From Ophelia neglecta (lineage: Eukaryota): 64,000 nucleotides of DNA. The stretch spans positions 66,278,001 through 66,342,000 of the forward strand of contig OZ260664.1 in NCBI GenBank assembly GCA_965285935.1, given 5' to 3'. The notes below the pieces were generated by a model. It did not search any database. It was not told the origin of the DNA and saw nothing but the letters and a program-made list of their open reading frames with translations. This document shows, piece by piece, positions 42,225 to 53,600 of this stretch; position 1 is the stretch's first letter; every line of letters begins with the position of its first letter. The position numbers were made by a program, and so were the translations under genes.

Positions 42225-44694
42225 ATTCACCAAAGGTCTTAAACTCAACACAGCAAGAGAATGGGACAGCTCCTGGCTTTTACCATCTTCAAGCCATCTG
42301 TCTGAAAGAGGACAAACAGAAAGTGTTATTGTACCTGACCAGCTAAGTAAATGTGGTCATCATTATGAATCACTTTAACTGAAGAAAAGGTGTTATGGTG
42401 ATGACATGAACATCATACAAATGACGTTTACACTTAAACTAATTTACATCAATATTTACACTTTGCATGAACAGCTACATCATCATAGTTGCAGGTAAGG
42501 TATTTTAAGGTGTTGACCTTTCTTCTTAGAATTCAGTTAATGACAAACTTGGTCAGAAATAATCAATTATAATACATGTACATGTCATGAGGTTTAAAAC
42601 TTATATGTTAATTATTCTAATGTACACACAAAAAGAAACATTTTCATATAATATTCAGTAATTTATCTGTGCTTGTTGATACTGTAAGTTTGGCTAACCC
42701 AGGCAGTAGAATCATTGCTACTCTTAGTCTAAACACAAACAAAAACTGTCCTTAAATTGCCAGTGGTAGCGACCTGAAATGTCCAAGTGAACTCTTTATC
42801 AATGCTACTTGTAGATTAAAGAGGACAATGTCCATGTTAACCTATTTCATAATATCTTCACTTTTGGTTAATTACCAAATAAAGCAAAATCGCTGTTGGT
42901 TGATTACCAATTAAATCAAAATATCTAAAGTATTTTAGTTGGTCAAATTTATGATAGTTAATCTATGGAATAATGTTTTGGTGCACTAGACTGTGGCTGT
43001 AGTTTGCTAAATCTTAAATGAGTTAAATAAATACCTCAATTTATTGCCAAATCAAAAAGCCTGTCAGGGTTCAGTCCTCATGACAATCAAATTATAGCAC
43101 CTGAATGTTATAATGGCTATGATTGGCTCTTGTGCGCCCATCTGGATTAAAAGCTGTAGTCTGGAGGCCAGTACAAGCAACATGATTATGTTATATCCCA
43201 TCATCATTCTTATGTTTAAACTGGCCCTCTTTAAAATATTATAGTGGGGTTAATCACCGGGGTTTACAGCTTCACTGTTCCTACATTCCCATTTAATAGG
43301 TTTGATTATTACTAAAAAACTAGGCTCAGCCCATCACCGATGGACATGAAACCAAGAGATGAGTTTGTTTTGAGTGGTCACTTCATGTCACAAATTCCTG
43401 TGACTCTCTGTGGGTTGTTGATGATGATGCCAGGATGCAGTTTCCTACTGTCTCCCAGTGTAATTCTAGATACTAAATTAAAAGCTGGAATCATGATTTT
43501 AATGGATTTGACTATACCACCTGAGATATTGCCAAACGGGGGAGAAATGAAAGTTTGAAAAATGTCAGAATATGTTACTCTGTTTCTGCAATCCTTAGAC
43601 ACTGACAAATTGAAACCTTTTGACAATGGATTAGCTCAGGCACTTTGTATGAACATATCAAAAATTAACATATGGTCAGCATGGCATCATCAATGGAAGA
43701 GAACAATGGAAATATTACATACATATTGATACTTTATTCCAAACTTTCCGGTTGGCTTGAAACCAGAATCCTAATACTGTGCATGTAAGTCGGTTGTAAA
43801 ACAAGTTGAAACACATTATAATACATGCATTCTGGGTACAATCAAATGCAAATTCAGGCTTGGAAATATCATTCATAGATTTAAAAAAAAAAAGGGTTGG
43901 CTATGCAATTCAATGTTATAATAATTTATCTGTACTAGACCACCTGTATGAGGGTGGTATGTTTCTGGTACCTATTAAAGAAGCAGTGACAGGTTACAAT
44001 GATGTCTGGGGACAGCATTGTAACCAAACTTGACTTGTTTCAATGTATTACAAAATGTACCACCTTTTTTATGTCATCACTTACACGCCCTATACTTCTT
44101 ACAATGTCTGTGAGGGGTGTGTGTGTGGGGGGAGAGGGGGGGGCGGAACTGTCAAGCCAGGGATTTTGACAGCTACTCAAGTTGAGTACCCCCCCTGCAC
44201 AAAGACTCCGTAACGCGGACCTAGTTCGCTTGACAGGTACTGCAACCCCCCACCCCCACCCCCAAGGAATCAGCAACTAGCTGAGGTAACGTGTACCTGT
44301 GGATCAAGTGATAACTATTTAACCAGGCCTAGTATCTTGTAAACCAATAATGCCAAAAATGCACAATTCTAAAAGCTTTGTAGTATCTACACCTATAAAG
44401 GCCACTTAAGGTAGCAATAGCTAACAGGGTGAGCCCACGGGAGATGTTGAAACGCAATTGTAGCAAACTCTGGAAGCATGGTATCCCGGCATGGCATCCC
44501 TTCACTTCTACAGTTGGTTAGCCTGAGAGCTCATGAGCTAGTCACATTGATGTGGCTGATAATCGTCCAGCTATGATATCCAACGCCTAGTCGCCTGATC
44601 GGCACAAAATGGGACACAGCCCGAGATCAACACACATGATAGAATCGCAGGTGTACAGTAAAAACATCAATTTTTATCTAAGAGAGTCTCTTAC

Positions 44695-44900
44695 CTATAA
44701 CAAGTCAGATGTGCAGTGCTCCTCTCTTTTCAGTCTCATCTCCCATCTGTCAGAATCTGTTTTCATTCGCGGAGCCTGCGCACTGCCAGAGGAATTACTT
44801 CCCGTCTCCTCTGATTCGCTACTCGTCATTTAGCCCAATTATCTCTTCTCTCCATCCACCTAATCCGTATCATCCAGTTCATGGCATAGCATAGCGAAGT
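44695..44900 (-). other. TULP4: Probable non-coding first (5' UTR) exon of TULP4 containing uORFs
   Basis: Strong donor TAG|GTAAGA with the exon ending at 44695; locally CpG-richer than the introns. The TULP4 ATG exon has its own acceptor (exon start 42301) and so needs an upstream exon. The 5' boundary is approximate. Confidence 0.5.
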
Positions 44901-45989
44901 ACCTGTGCTACTTTCAGACTAAGTGTGGTTCTGAATTTATTACTATTATACACTCAGTAGGTGGTGGGGTTCTCAGTAAGATTATTGAGACACCATATGA
45001 TCCCGAAGCTGTTACACCCTCCTTCTGGGAGGGGGGGGGGCACAATTCAATTTCTTTCATTGACCGTTCTGAGTCAAATAAAAAACTATAACAGTTGCCA
45101 AAATAATAAAAATACCTAGTAAAATAATAGTTTTCAGCGGTGGGCACGTACTGTAACGACTATGGACTAGATTAAAAGAAAAAAAGCAGAGTAGTATGGC
45201 AAAAGAAGCATATGGGCTTCCTACCCATAGTAGTAATTTATTTGACCAAAAATTGACACATAGCAAGTAGTAATAATGCAATATCAGGAAATGAAAAAAA
45301 AAGTATACACGGTCTACTTAGATTAAGCCTACAAATACACAAACTACCTAGCTAATATGAAGGCATACAAACTTTTTTGCACTTCCTGCATTACAATAAA
45401 ACCCTTCTACTCTATTTCCCCCCCCCCCTTGCACCTTATTGGTTTCAATTCTCGGTAAGCGTGCACTTTTATTGGTGCACCCTCAACATGCATCATTGAA
45501 AATTGAACAGGTTTGCATGGACAGAAAACTAGATTATAGCACTCAGTGCAAAGAAAGTTGGTTTTTCGTTATCAGGGACTATGGTAGTCACAAACTTGTC
45601 TTAGTCACTTACAGGGTGGTAATATCATTGCACCGACACCTAACCAAAGATTTCCCCCCCCCCCCCCCCCCGCCCTGCTTAGTGCATGACCACCCCTTCT
45701 TCAATTTAAATCACTGGCTGGGCCTTTACAGATGGAATTTCATAGACCAACACCATCTCCAGCACACTACATTGCTATACAGTTATAATTAAATCCTGGC
45801 ATCTTTCAGACATTTAGAAAATAATTGCAATAATTATGAAAATAGATCTCTACATAAACATAAATTTTTTGTTCTCTTATTGGAATTGAGTGGGGACTGA
45901 CATACACACAGGTACATAGAACTATCAAGTTAATCTGTAGAGGAAATATTGCAGCTTAACTGTACAAAAAAGTCCCTCATCACAACGAC

Positions 45990-46570
45990 AACCATTGTCC
46001 ATGGGTCACAGATGCTCACCATTCCCCCCAATTCCATGCTGTCAATAAATCTAAATTTTGATTTAAAAAAAAAGTGTGGGCAGGGACTTTGACCTGCTGA
46101 AATCACAATTGATATAGATCATCTAATGGCGATGGCCAACATAGCTACCAACTTTGAGGACACTATGCCCAAGATTTCTTTGGTTATAGATCAACAAGAG
46201 CAGGGGTAAAGGGGAGTTCAGGAGCAAAAGCTCCTATACTTCTTGGTGCCTATACTGCTTGGGGGCTCTTCCTGGGACTCTTGTCCCAGACAGTCCCCTT
46301 TCCCTTCTCTAACTATTGAATGGACAGGTTTTTTGTGTTGATAGCCGATGTGACCTTGATCTGTGACCTCAAGATCAATCAACGGTCCTACAAAGGTAGA
46401 AGACTCCTGGCCCTGGCTGTCCATAAATATTGATCATACAATTTTTGAAGGCTATTGTGACCTTGACCATGTTAAACTCAATATGAATAGACATTATCTA
46501 CTCGTCATGGCCGACCAACCAACCCAGTTAGAAGTCACTATGACAAAGCGCACACTAGCAATAATCAAAG
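45990..46570 (+). mobile_element. Degraded Helentron-associated (HINE-like) repeat fragment
   Basis: CCATGGGTCACAGATGCTCACC head and two diverged core copies (TGACCT...ATCATCTA..GGC.ATGGCC.AC...) near 46090 and 46457, a style typical of molluscan HINE cores. Boundaries are approximate. Confidence 0.45.
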
Positions 46571-47208
46571 GGTTACTGTGCGATGAGGCGTTTTAAAGTT
46601 ACAGCCTAAAAAATAGTCCAGTGGCCGCAGCATGGAGAACAGCTTTGAGGTTCAATACCCCCCCCTTTTTTTTTAAATATAGTTGGGGGCAATAACTGTG
46701 CTGATTTTCTACACATACAAGGACTGCTGTCCGGATTGCAGTGTATTTGGTGATAAAAAAGCATACCAAAGTATTAGAAGGGAAATAACACCTTCCACTC
46801 ACCCAATTGTTATTGACATTTAAGATGGCCAAGAATTTCAAAATAACCCAAAAAGGAGGGTACCAATTTCAGGATTAGATGTGTGGAAACAAATCTGTAT
46901 GCAAGAAAACAAAAAACGGGGTGCTTGCATTCTCTAGTTGCTTTGACCAAGATATGAGGACTTCTCATCACAATATTGGCAACCAACCAGTAACACATGG
47001 TTACAATGTTTACAGTGGCAGTGACCCAGTCTTTTTGCACCAGAGGTGAAATGAGATCAGACAAGGCTAAGGTCCAAATGCCAATTGTTGGGATGTTCAC
47101 AGACTTTCCGAAGTGGATAAAAAGGGTGCTGCACACCTCCTAAAAAAAAACCAAGTAAAATGAATTTGCCAGAGACATGTACCAGTACCCATTATTTCAA
47201 ATGTACAG

Positions 47209-47387
47209 GGGCCGGTTTCTGGAAGCGGTCTCAGGATTCAGGATTTGATTAGCCTATTACCGATTAGCTAAGACTTGATTTGACTAGGCTTAAGACCAAA
47301 TTTCCAGAAACCCGTACTCGCAAGTTAAAACCGATTAAGCATTTTAATCCTAATCCTGGTCTTAGGACCTCTTCCAGAAACCGGCCC
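47209..47387. mobile_element. MITE, PIF/Harbinger-like (GGGCC termini)
   Basis: Perfect 17-bp TIR GGGCCGGTTTCTGGAAG / CTTCCAGAAACCGGCCC with further imperfect inverted similarity. Flanks CAG/AAG may be an imperfect 3-bp TSD. The superfamily is inferred from the termini. Confidence 0.75.
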
Positions 47388-47461
47388 AAGGTTATTATCT
47401 TATACAAAGCATGCTCAGTTAAAATAGTACACAGATATAACAATATGATTATTGTATGATT

Positions 47462-47467
47462 TTTATT
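47462..47467 (-). terminator. Candidate polyadenylation signal of RPF2 (AATAAA)
   Basis: AATAAA on the minus strand about 30 nt after the stop codon. Confidence 0.45.
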
Positions 47468-47498
47468 TGCAAATATAAGTAAAAATGTGTGAATATTT

Positions 47499-47693
47499 TC
47501 ATGTTGCGTCTTCTTCCACCGTTTTGGGTGTTTCTGACACTGGTTCATCTATGGCTTCATCAGAAGTCACCTTCTTATGTTTAAGTCCCTTCAATTTACG
47601 TAATTGCAATTTATTTAAGTCCTGCTTCTGCATGTGAATACGACCTTCCATTGTGCCAAATACATTCTTGGAAATGTTCTTAGTTTTCTTTAT
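47499..47693 (-). CDS. RPF2: RPF2 last coding exon (IKKTKNISKNVFG...EEDAT*)
   Basis: Acceptor atttgcag|; 64 codons + TGA. Confidence 0.94.
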   Translation of the reverse strand: MKKTKNISKNVFGTMEGRIHMQKQDLNKLQLRKLKGLKHKKVTSDEAIDEPVSETPKTVEEDAT

Positions 47694-50600
47694 CTGCAAA
47701 TCAAGTTTACAAGATAAGTACACATTTAAGTAAAAAGCACAGCAACCAGGATATTAAATAGCATATTTAGCAAAATAAAATCAAGAATCAAATTTTAAAT
47801 GATTTGGGCAAATGTTCTTTGTCATGAATAAATTTTATAGATAACTGGTGATCAAGTATAAGACAAATACAACCATTTTAATTGTCCATTTTAAGTATCA
47901 TTATAACATAAAAAATTCTCACCTTGGCAGCCTTGGGTTGTCTTTTGGCTCTCTTAAACAGATCCTCCGAAGCCAGTTTTGACCTTCTTACGACTAGGTC
48001 CATGGATGGCCCCATCTCTTCCAGCTCTACCCGCGGAGTCTTGCTACCAGACTTTTTCATCAATATTCTTGAAAACAAAATTAAACATTAGGCACATTTG
48101 GAAGGTCTAATACTCCCTGATCATCTGGCACCTGCCCTTGGGAAACCCATACCAACCAACTTTAAATATTCGTTTAAAATTTTAATATTTTAAAGAAAAA
48201 ATATAATTTTTTTATCACTGTAATGCGAGCTATGTTAAAAAGAAACTACTTGCTTGAAACCTGAGGGAGTTAAAGGAATTCATAAAAAAAGGTTTATTTC
48301 AAACCAAACAACCTTCAAAAAATTACCAGAATATGTTGAAAACAAGCTGACATTGGTAAATTGTAATTTGAGGCCCAGAGTAGCAAGCATCACACTAAAG
48401 ATAAAGATGGTCTGATAGAAAATATGGAAGACAACAAAAAACTGAATGATCACAGATGCTGTGAAGCTGAATTAGCAATTTCTTTAGTTCTAGTTCTAGT
48501 TCTGTCTGCAACAGAAGGGGAGCTAAAAAAAAGAGTATTCCCTTTATGAACCAATTGTGGGCTAAAGAAAATATTGCACAACAAGGAATCTTTCAGTATT
48601 AGCTTGCTACTACTATTTTCATCTTACAAATAACTAACCTGTAGCTTCTGAGATATATCTTTCCCTCAGCCGCTGTGAAGTTAAGGACATGCTCAATTCC
48701 ATTCATTCTGATATTAGTTGCCTTTGGGCCTCTGAAGAAATCTGGAATGGGAATTCCAAGGCAAATGCTCATGTAAAAAAGAGCAATTTTAGAATCAAAC
48801 ATCTTGTTTGGATGCAGTACAAATACAACAGTTAACAATATCATTTAGATAATACTTTGAACAGTTTTTTTTTCTAAAGATAGCAATACATGGGGAAACA
48901 AGGCAGTACTTTAGAGCTGTTGTAAATATTGATGGAAATTAGCATCCTGCAAAAAAACATCACTGGGTACCTATTGTACACTAAAAAACTGATCTGTTGA
49001 AGGGTTATCAAATCACATCTTTTGGTTTAAGGGATGAGCTGAAGAAAAAAATGGTTATTTAGAAGCTACCAATTGAGAATGCACATTTTTCCTGCTAATA
49101 CTTAACCGAGCACAGAGGGAGATATGATGATTTCATCCATTAATTTCCGGTTTGGTATGCATTCTTATTCTCTAAAGAAATTAATTCTTCTCTTTTTACC
49201 TATTAGCTCAATAAAAACTTGCAAAATTCAATTTTCACTTGCATTTAATTGGCTGCCTTGATATGATGGAGGGTGATGTTAGGATAACAATGGATTGGCT
49301 GCCTTGATATGATGGAGGGTGATGTTAGGGTAACAATGGATTGGCTGCCTTGATATGATGGAGGGTGATGTTAGGGTAACAATGCCATTATAGTGTCCTA
49401 CTGTAAAGGGCCTTTGATGAGGCTTGCCAGGAAAGGGCGCCATATTAAATGTAATACACCATAAACCATAACATACTAAGTTGCTATACTGCCTTTGTTT
49501 CCCTGAGATTTGTTGGACAGGTCAGATCAATGCTCAGAAACTGGATAGCACACAAAAACTTTTTAAAGTGCAGACCTCATGAATGGGCTAATCAAACATA
49601 GTATTGTACCTATCAGATGGTTTTTTAGCCTCTTGTGTTCCAAGTCCTGATCAAATGCCTCACCGGAAAATGTAAGGCAAGGTTTGGTGCCAACTGGAAC
49701 TTTGGGACCCTAAAATCAAAGGGAAAAATGAAAGACTCACACAATATATGACTGAAACAAGGGCTTCTGAACAAAGCCAACGAGGACGCGTACGCGTACG
49801 GTATATCAGCGTCGGGCAACCGAAGACGAGACTCTCACCTACGAAATGCCGTTCGAACCATGTTTCTAGAAGCAGTATTCGCGGAGATATGTTGTTTTGT
49901 TTCCCAGAGATAATTCCATGAAAAGTGCCGTTTTTGCCGAGAGTCCGACATTGTCGCCGGTCGATTTGACCCAGACATTATTGGTTACAACATGGCATAA
50001 TTTCAGCCAATGAGATGCATGGCGTGGTGGCAAACAGAGAGAAATATACAGGTTGAGGGTCCCTTCCTTTGTAAACAGAAGAGTTAGTTTTTTACTTTTA
50101 ATGCTGAAATTTGGTAAGTAAATAGCTATTTATTTCTACATTTGAAATTCAGTGCATAATATAATGTTTACTCTGCAGAATTTTGAAGAAAAGAAGTTTT
50201 CAGCAAATACATGCCCGCCTGACGCAAGTACACTGCATGCGCCATGCTAAATCAATTCTCAGAACTACTACATACAGTGCAAAACATGGGAAACATCGGG
50301 CTCAGGAGCGCCATCTGCTGAGTGGTTTGGAAAATCCTCCGAGGCACTGCAGCCAACTACTTATCTAATAGGCGACCGAACAAATACGTGCTGACAAGCC
50401 CCATAAAGCTGTTTTCTGTAACCGCATGGGCAAAAGAAGGTGAATGTTAGCCAATATCTCGCCAAACAAACGTGCCACAGTGGACCGGGAGTACAAGGGA
50501 TATGTGCATAGGGGTTGGCAATCGGATATCATGCCTGAAAGATGGGTAACTGAATGCGTGACTTCAAAGCGCTAGAGAGCTGGCCACATAAGGCATGATT

Positions 50601-53600
50601 TCGAAGCTATATTCACCGGGAACCGAAATATGGACAAACCAAAATGACAAATGCTCGACCCCTTTAACATACTCGTGCCATATTAAGTTGCAGATGAAAT
50701 AATAGCAAAGCGCATATTTAACTCCTGTACACGTCTCAGAAGCTGTTATAGGCGAAGGGGGGTAGTGTTGAAACTTACATCGGAAAAGAAAGAAAATAGG
50801 CCTTTAGAGATAAATAAATGACATGAACAGTTAGAGGAAGAATCAGAGTACAGGGCAAGACCATCAGTTTAGCATTTGACCGCAAGGTGGCGCTAGCAAA
50901 GCACGTAGAACATAGGCCATTCTGAAGCACCCGAAAAACAAGGTGTTTTCGTTGCGCACGCGTATTGGCATCGAAATAAAAGCTTATCTCAGAAAAAAAT
51001 GGTGCAAAAGTTAGAGGTTGGTTTTCTCTACAAAATGGCGTCAGTAGTTTATGCGTCGGACGCACGGTGTCGCCACTGGATTTTTTCGAAAACAGAGATG
51101 TCGGCAAGAAGTGAAAATTTCTATCTTCGGCATGCGCATGCGCAGAGCAAAACTGTTGATATGTACTAATAGGGTACCTTATGGGGGCCATTTTGGTTTT
51201 TACTAGGCATGGCTATCACTTCTAGTTACGTCACAATTACGCAATATGTGTGGAAAATGACGAAAAGTGGGTGTCAGAGAACTGCTGAGAATCGCATAAA
51301 AACGACACTGGAGCGATAAAGGAGCAATGCATTAGGCAAGCTGACATGCTAAGGTGCAAAATGGCGTCATTAGTTGAGCGATTGACCGCCAGGGGGCAGG
51401 ATTTTTTTAGCGTACAAAACATAAAAAAATGAGGAACACGTTTTTGTCTGTCACAAAAACTTCCGCATGCGCATACACACAATTTTCAAGTATGTAGCAA
51501 AAGGCAACTGGCCGGTCATTTTGGTGTGTTTTTTATGGCTCTATCTTAAATAATTACGCAAGAATAGTAAAACGAGACTTGAACCGGGATTTGGGCGATA
51601 TGCCGCAAAGTAAGCCTTAAACCATAAAAAATACAGAACTGAAACTTGCGCGTTGTCACTAGCTACCTTTTAATGCCAGTCTCGTGTCTGTAGATGCAAT
51701 AGATCACGAGTTACGATTTTTTGTTTAAAAACTGTGATTCCATGCAAAAAGGCCAATTTCGCCGATTTTCAGTGTCCGATTTGATCTGGAAAGAATAGAC
51801 CGATTTTCAAAATCGTAACGGTTTTGGAATCTGTATAACCTACTCTAAGAGAATCCATTTTTCTTTTGGCGAGTTTTGAAAAAAAAAAATTTTCAAACAG
51901 TTGAAAAAAGTCAAAAAGTCAAATTTTGTATTTTGCGCATGCGCACAGGATTTTTGGTGTTAAGTCAAAAGAAGGGTCCAAAAGAATCAGTTTAAAAAAA
52001 AATTCAAGTATCTAACTCTATTATTAAGCGAGATATGGGCCACGAGACTTGAAACGAGATTTGGCCCATATCTCGAAAACTAAGCCTCTGAGCGCCAAAC
52101 GGACGAAATTTTGCCGCAATACTAGCGTGATTTTAACTATTTTGGGCTTGACAAAAAATTGCGGGCGATTTTGCTGCGCGACGCTTCATCGCGATGTGGC
52201 GCCTAGCCGACCCGCGAAAACGCATTTTCTTCGATAACTCGCGACTTCCGGTAGGCGCGATCCCGAAAATTTACACACAAATGAAGATTCCGACTTCACA
52301 CATTGTCTGAAAATTTGAAGGTGATCGGTCAAGAATTGCGACCTGTAGCTCGTGCCGACTGATTTGGTCGAAATGGCGAAATTTTCAATGACCGATTTGA
52401 CCGCGAAATAATCGGGCGATTTTCACGATCCTGACGGTTTTGGGATCGGTATGACCCACTCTAACAGAATCCGTTTTTGTTTTAGTTCGTTTCGAAAAAA
52501 AGTGTTTTTTGCAAAAGTAGCAAAAAGTCGAAATTTCAATCTGCGCAGTTTGCGCATGCGCATCAAATTTTATTTGACCATTAGAAAGCAGAGCCCAAAA
52601 GAATCAGTTTAAAAAAAAATTCGAGTCTCTAGGTGCCTAATTAAGCGAGATACGGGCCACGAGACTTGAAACGAGATTTGGCCTTTATCTCGAAAACTAA
52701 GCTTCTGAGAGCTTAACGGACAAAATTTCGGCTGAATGAAGCCGGGTTTTAACTTTTTTAAATCCGACTGTTCGGTACCGGCGCTTTGGCTGTGCGACGC
52801 ACCATCGCGATTTGGCGACCCCGTGACCGACGCTCACGGCTTTTCGAGCCGATTTTCGACCTTTTCGGCGATAACTTCCGAACCGCCGGGCCGAATGTCA
52901 ACAAAAACTATACACATCACCGGGGGGCGAGACTACACGATCTCTGAAAATTTGAAGACGATCCGACGCGAATTGCGACCTGTATCGCGTCACGACCGAC
53001 CCAAGGGAGACATACAGATGGACACTAGTGAGGCGTATATATCAGCGCCAGCAGCGAAGCTGCGCGCTGATATAATAACATTTTTTAAAAAGGATAGAGT
53101 GATGCTAAAAGTACACATTGCTGTTTAACAATGTTGATCCAAGCACTAAACAGCCATGTGCGAGGCAACCTCAGGCTCTACCAGCCTTACCAGAGCATTT
53201 ATTGATTACAGTGGTCCCTGTGATGTAGGGCCCCTCCGATGAAGGGCCTCCTGCGATGGCAGGCCACTTATTGTATTCCCATGTCCTATCTTTACCATGT
53301 TAAAGTACCTCCGATGAAGGGCCACCTGCAATGTAGGGCCACTTTCCCTTGGATATAGGTTGGCCCTACATCGCAGGGACCACTGTATACTACTGCCCAT
53401 AACACTACTTCAACAGAATACTTATTACAGCTTAAAATGCTCTGGTGATCTGAAATCCATAGATGGTTTCTATTTTCTAAAAAAGTTACATTTAAAAATA
53501 AAAAACATATTAATAAAACTTTTTAAAAAATCTGAATGGGAGACTAAGGAAACCTTGTAACAAGTAGTTCTGTGGGAGTCTTGTTTGGTTCTGTTTGAAG

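Noticed and set aside
42225-42301. N-terminal extension of TULP4 upstream of MYALF
   Set aside because: The frame is open here but has no in-frame ATG, and the putative upstream exon has an in-frame TGA. MYA matches the known TULP4 start.
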